Assembly: GCA_046563655.1 (NCBI GenBank)
Contig: CM102290.1
Location: forward strand, 10,850,001-10,914,000
Length of the DNA: 64,000 nucleotides
DNA from: Yuukianura sp. NJ FZ-2021
Lineage: Eukaryota
Direction: 5' to 3'
Positions 61,701 to 64,000 of this stretch are shown piece by piece (within the stretch, counting starts at the first letter, position 1; each line of letters starts with the position of its first letter). The notes below the pieces were generated by a model. It had not been told where the DNA came from and ran no database searches. It worked only from the letters and a program-made list of their open reading frames with translations. The position numbers were made by a program, and so were the translations under genes.

Positions 61701-64000
61701 TGGTAACTACTCTCGCCTCGCCTTGAATATGTGTTGCTTATACTGCTGAATCGTTCTTGAAACTTAAGCCAAGTTTGCTGTTTTTTGTATTTTCATCTTT
61801 TTTGCGAATTTGGGTGTGATAAATTTAGGCCTTGGTGGCGTTTTAGCTCAGAAGCTTTTTGCTTGTTTTGGTTCCATTTGGGTTTTTTTAGTCCAAAGGA
61901 CATCGTTTTATGTCTTTTCAAAAAAAATGTGCAGAGACAATTTCTTGACACTAAAAATTTTGAGCTGACAAAAGTTTGTTGCTCTTTTTGCGTCATCCTG
62001 CAACTTCTGTTGTCTGAACTTTTGATTAACAATTGGCACTTGGAATGGATTTAACTAAATATTAAGTTTGGATTTGGCTCAGCTCATGGTTTATTCTGGT
62101 TATAGGCAGAACTAAACCGCATGAGTGGCAGATTTTGAGACTGCTGGACTGCTGGAGGGGACAAGGTCAGAGACGGGGTCAAGAGTGTCATGAAGCGTCA
62201 TGGAAATGAATAACCTTGTCATGTTAGCTTTTGTGTGACCGGTAGGTTAACGTAACATGGGGATTTTGGATTTATTTTTGTGACAAGGAATATGAGTCAA
62301 GGGAAATCAATGGCTCTGTTGACCTCTGACCTGTCTCCGGGATCTGCTGTGACTTCCACTTGGTTAGGTTAGATTGTCATTTGTATTCTGGGGAATAGTG
62401 ACAGATGAGAAACTTACCTGGGAATCTAATTAGGACGGAAAAGTTTTCTCTTTGCCTCTGAGGCATAGTTTAGGTTAGGCAGGAGACTGAGAAAGCAAAA
62501 TTTTGGAACGTTAATCAAGTTATTTCTTCGTATTTGTGAGGGAGTTGACGAACAACGAACGAACCTTGGAAGAAAGTTACGAGCAAAGTGGAAAGTTGTG
62601 GAGAAAAGGATTCGAGTTAATTTTGGGATTTTGGACGCTATTGTTTTTGTTTTTTTGCCTTTTTTAGTTTTATTTTTTTGAAAAGTTTTGTTCTTGTGGG
62701 AGTTATGTAGTTCTGGTGTCCTTTTTGGAACTCACTTTGGTTGAGCTGAACATGGCTGAAGTTGGTCTATTCAGAGGTTCATTTTCTTCTTTTTTGTTGT
62801 TGTTTTTTAACTTTTTTTTTTATTTTGGAAAAAAATGTTTGGCGGAGACAAGAGAAAGTTGTGGGAAAAGTGACGTGTTTGGTGTAAAGACTAAAGCAAG
62901 AAGAAAGACTTTAAGAAGTTTGTAAAGAGATTCAAAGGAAAGGCGTAAATTAGGAAAAAGACAAGTTCACTTGAAGTGATTTAGGTTTTTCTTAACTTTT
63001 TTTCTGAAAAAGAAAAAACACGAATAATGGAAGATTTGAAAACTTTTTTTTGTAAGTTTTTTTTTCTTTTTTTTTAAAGGGATTTTACAGATAGTTGTCA
63101 CACGCGTTGACCTCCAATGTGGAAACTGGAGCGTTTTCGCGGTAACTTTTTTTTGTCTTTTATGTTTATTGTGTTTATGCCATTGAACTTTGCAGTAGTG
63201 GAGAAATTTAGTGTGTGAGATTGCACTGATGACTGCTTATGTGCTGGAGAAAATAAAACTTGGCGTGTCATGAAATTTTTTTTTTCAAAATTTTTGTTGG
63301 TGGTAGTTTAGTTGTGTTTTCTCAGAGGCGACAAAACGGGATGACGTTTTTCGAGTTTCTTGAAAGAAATAGTTTGGGCGGGATTGGTTTATAGCCTGGG
63401 GCTGAGTTGAATCGATGACGGCGACGAGACGTTCAAATCGATACGAGATGCGACGAAAAACACTTGGAAAATTTTTGAAGTCGAAAGTGAATCTGAGCTT
63501 GGTTTTTGCAAATTTTTAGGCTTGAAACGTTTTTGAGAAAAAAAAATAAGGCCGAAAAGTCGAAAAAAAAAAGAATTGATAATTTTGTAATGAGAGCAAC
63601 AGGGTCATTTTTTGAAATTGGAAAATGGGAGTAATGAGGTTGACCTCGATTGGTTTGTTGATTTTTTGTGTAAGTGATTTTTTCGACTAAAAATATGCAG
63701 CATGTGTGGAGTGATTTTACACTGAAATATGTGTACTTAAGTGATTTTACACGAAATTGTGTGTGTAGGTTTTTACACTATAATGAGTGTTTCAGTTGGG
63801 ATGAACTGATTTTGGAAATGGTTGTGGTTGGTGGTGGTAGAGTTTGCGTGAATCGTTTAAGTGAAAAGAAGTTAATTGATTTTGATTTTGAAAAATGATT
63901 CGTTTTTTCATGTGTGTGAAATAGTTCAAAGCGTGAAGAGAAATAAATTTGGAGAGGGAAAAGTGTTTATGTTTTGGGTTGGATGGATTGTGTGGTATGT

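Noticed and set aside
63870..63898. LIDFD peptide resembling the missing kinase VIDFG exon
   Set aside because: It lacks G-S-S-C, is followed by a stop, and lies in low-complexity intronic sequence.

Overview
This is eukaryotic, intron-rich, AT-rich DNA from an arthropod; the short 60-100 bp introns and gene set fit a hexapod, but the species cannot be fixed from sequence alone. Genes in order: (1) a six-exon ELOVL/GNS1-type elongase homologue whose catalytic HxxHH box is lost; (2) a large secreted Closca/Nasrat/Polehole-like protein; (3) a three-exon Cys-rich orphan gene; (4) Nipped-B/NIPBL (cohesin loader, minus strand), with an in-frame exon carrying 15 tandem copies of a ~12-aa motif; (5) an SCPx-type thiolase ending without an SCP2 domain or PTS1; (6) the first coding exon of a class-2 DYRK kinase, followed by a >20 kb G/T-skewed intron that runs off the window. 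Repeats include a 130-bp hairpin MITE, a ~319-bp palindromic satellite interrupted by a 750-bp hAT-type MITE (18-bp TIRs, 8-bp TSD), and a ~30-bp minisatellite. No CRISPR array, rRNA, tRNA or autonomous transposon was recognised. Gene models were assembled by hand from GT-AG junctions, and family calls rest on remembered motifs rather than database searches.
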